Source: a virus (taxonomy: Duplodnaviria > Caudoviricetes). Taken from it: a DNA stretch of 26,339 nt. Position numbers and translations under genes: made by a program. The notes beneath the pieces were generated by a model. It worked only from the letters and a program-made list of their open reading frames with translations. It searched no databases and was not told the origin of the DNA. Position 1 is the stretch's first letter. The number at the start of each line of letters is the position of its first letter. The DNA is taken from positions 1-26,339 of IMG/VR virus record IMGVR_UViG_3300025519_000011, one strand, 5' to 3'. Shown here piece after piece: positions 25,729 to 26,339 of the stretch.

Positions 25729-26060
25729 TTTTCATCACGATCCAATGATTGACGTGCTTTTTCTCCCTTGTCTAACTCAATTGGTGTATAAAAACTACTC
25801 GTCATTCTTTGTTTGAGAAAATAATTTTCCTTATCTGCATAAAACTCCAAAGCCTGTTTGTAGCGTTGTGCTTTTTTCATAAAATCATCTCGCTGTCTCA
25901 TTTTGAGATATTTACGATTTTTTTGTTTTTCAACTTCTTTTTCCAATTCCTCAACACGATTGATGAGCCATTCAATATCTGAATCTGCTATACGATTAGC
26001 TATTGAGTTTTCTATTGCCCATCGGTATATTTCTTTGATTTCTTCCAAGCGTTCCGTCAT
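25725..26060 (-). CDS. Hypothetical phage protein
   Basis: Probable start MTERLEEIK at 26060; DIEWLINRVEEL and ALEFYAD...GEKARQ motifs seen in Bacillus phage proteins. Confidence 0.7.
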   Translation of the reverse strand: MTERLEEIKEIYRWAIENSIANRIADSDIEWLINRVEELEKEVEKQKNRKYLKMRQRDDFMKKAQRYKQALEFYADKENYFLKQRMTSSFYTPIELDKGEKARQSLDRDEN

Positions 26061-26209
26061 TCTCCCACCACCTTTTCCGCACATTTGACAAGCCACTCGA
26101 TTGTTGCTAACCGTTTTATGAATAACTCCTGGTCGCTATAATCACTCGCTAATTTTGAAATGTGTTCCCGCCATTCCAACGCTTCTTGCAGCAGTTCTTG
26201 TTCAGTCAT
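26057..26209 (-). CDS. Hypothetical 50-aa protein, not in the ORF track
   Basis: MTEQELLQEALEWREH...VVGE*; RBS GGAGGTG; ATGA overlap with the next gene. Confidence 0.65.
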   Translation of the reverse strand: MTEQELLQEALEWREHISKLASDYSDQELFIKRLATIEWLVKCAEKVVGE

Positions 26210-26339
26210 GTCGCACCTCCAAATCCTCTTCCTTTACTCGATAAAATCCTCTTAAATCACAAGCGACTAGATAAACGGTTTCTTCAACAGAATCTACTGA
26301 GACTAGTCCTTCTTCTGTTCGATATGGGTTGTCGTCATA
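26202..26339 (-). CDS. 3' end of a phage gene entering from the right edge
   Basis: Open frame ...YLVACDLRGFYRVKEEDLEVRHD*. Confidence 0.55.
   Translation of the reverse strand, partial: YDDNPYRTEEGLVSVDSVEETVYLVACDLRGFYRVKEEDLEVRHD

Larger units (their letters stand above)
1..26339 (-). mobile_element. SPP1-like siphovirus prophage with a SpoIVCA-like recombinase; extends beyond both edges
   Basis: Complete, ordered packaging-head-tail-lysis modules; no att site visible in the window. Confidence 0.95.

Overview
The window is the late half of a temperate SPP1-like siphovirus prophage in a low-GC spore-forming Bacillaceae host, encoded almost entirely on the minus strand. Reading right to left: small middle genes, a dimeric dUTPase, a DUF1064-like nuclease, an XtrA/DUF3954-like gene, a late activator, a two-gene moron, terminases, portal, minor head protein, a mini Prp-like protease, scaffold, capsid, neck and tail genes, a 1574-aa tail adhesin, holin and endolysin. 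At the left edge is a SpoIVCA/CisA-like large serine recombinase (missed by the ORF track) behind a candidate SigE/SpoIIID promoter, so the prophage probably interrupts a sporulation gene, like the skin element. The best novelty candidates are: (1) an AT-rich cassette encoding a soluble protein plus a 4-TM protein, a possible anti-phage system; (2) SigH-type promoters on three morons, two built as hairpins that would hide the RBS in read-through RNA; (3) a phage Prp-like protease with matching non-canonical N-terminal motifs on scaffold and capsid; (4) tail receptor-binding modules flanked by identical DNA boxes. Family names come from motif recognition only; no database searches were run.
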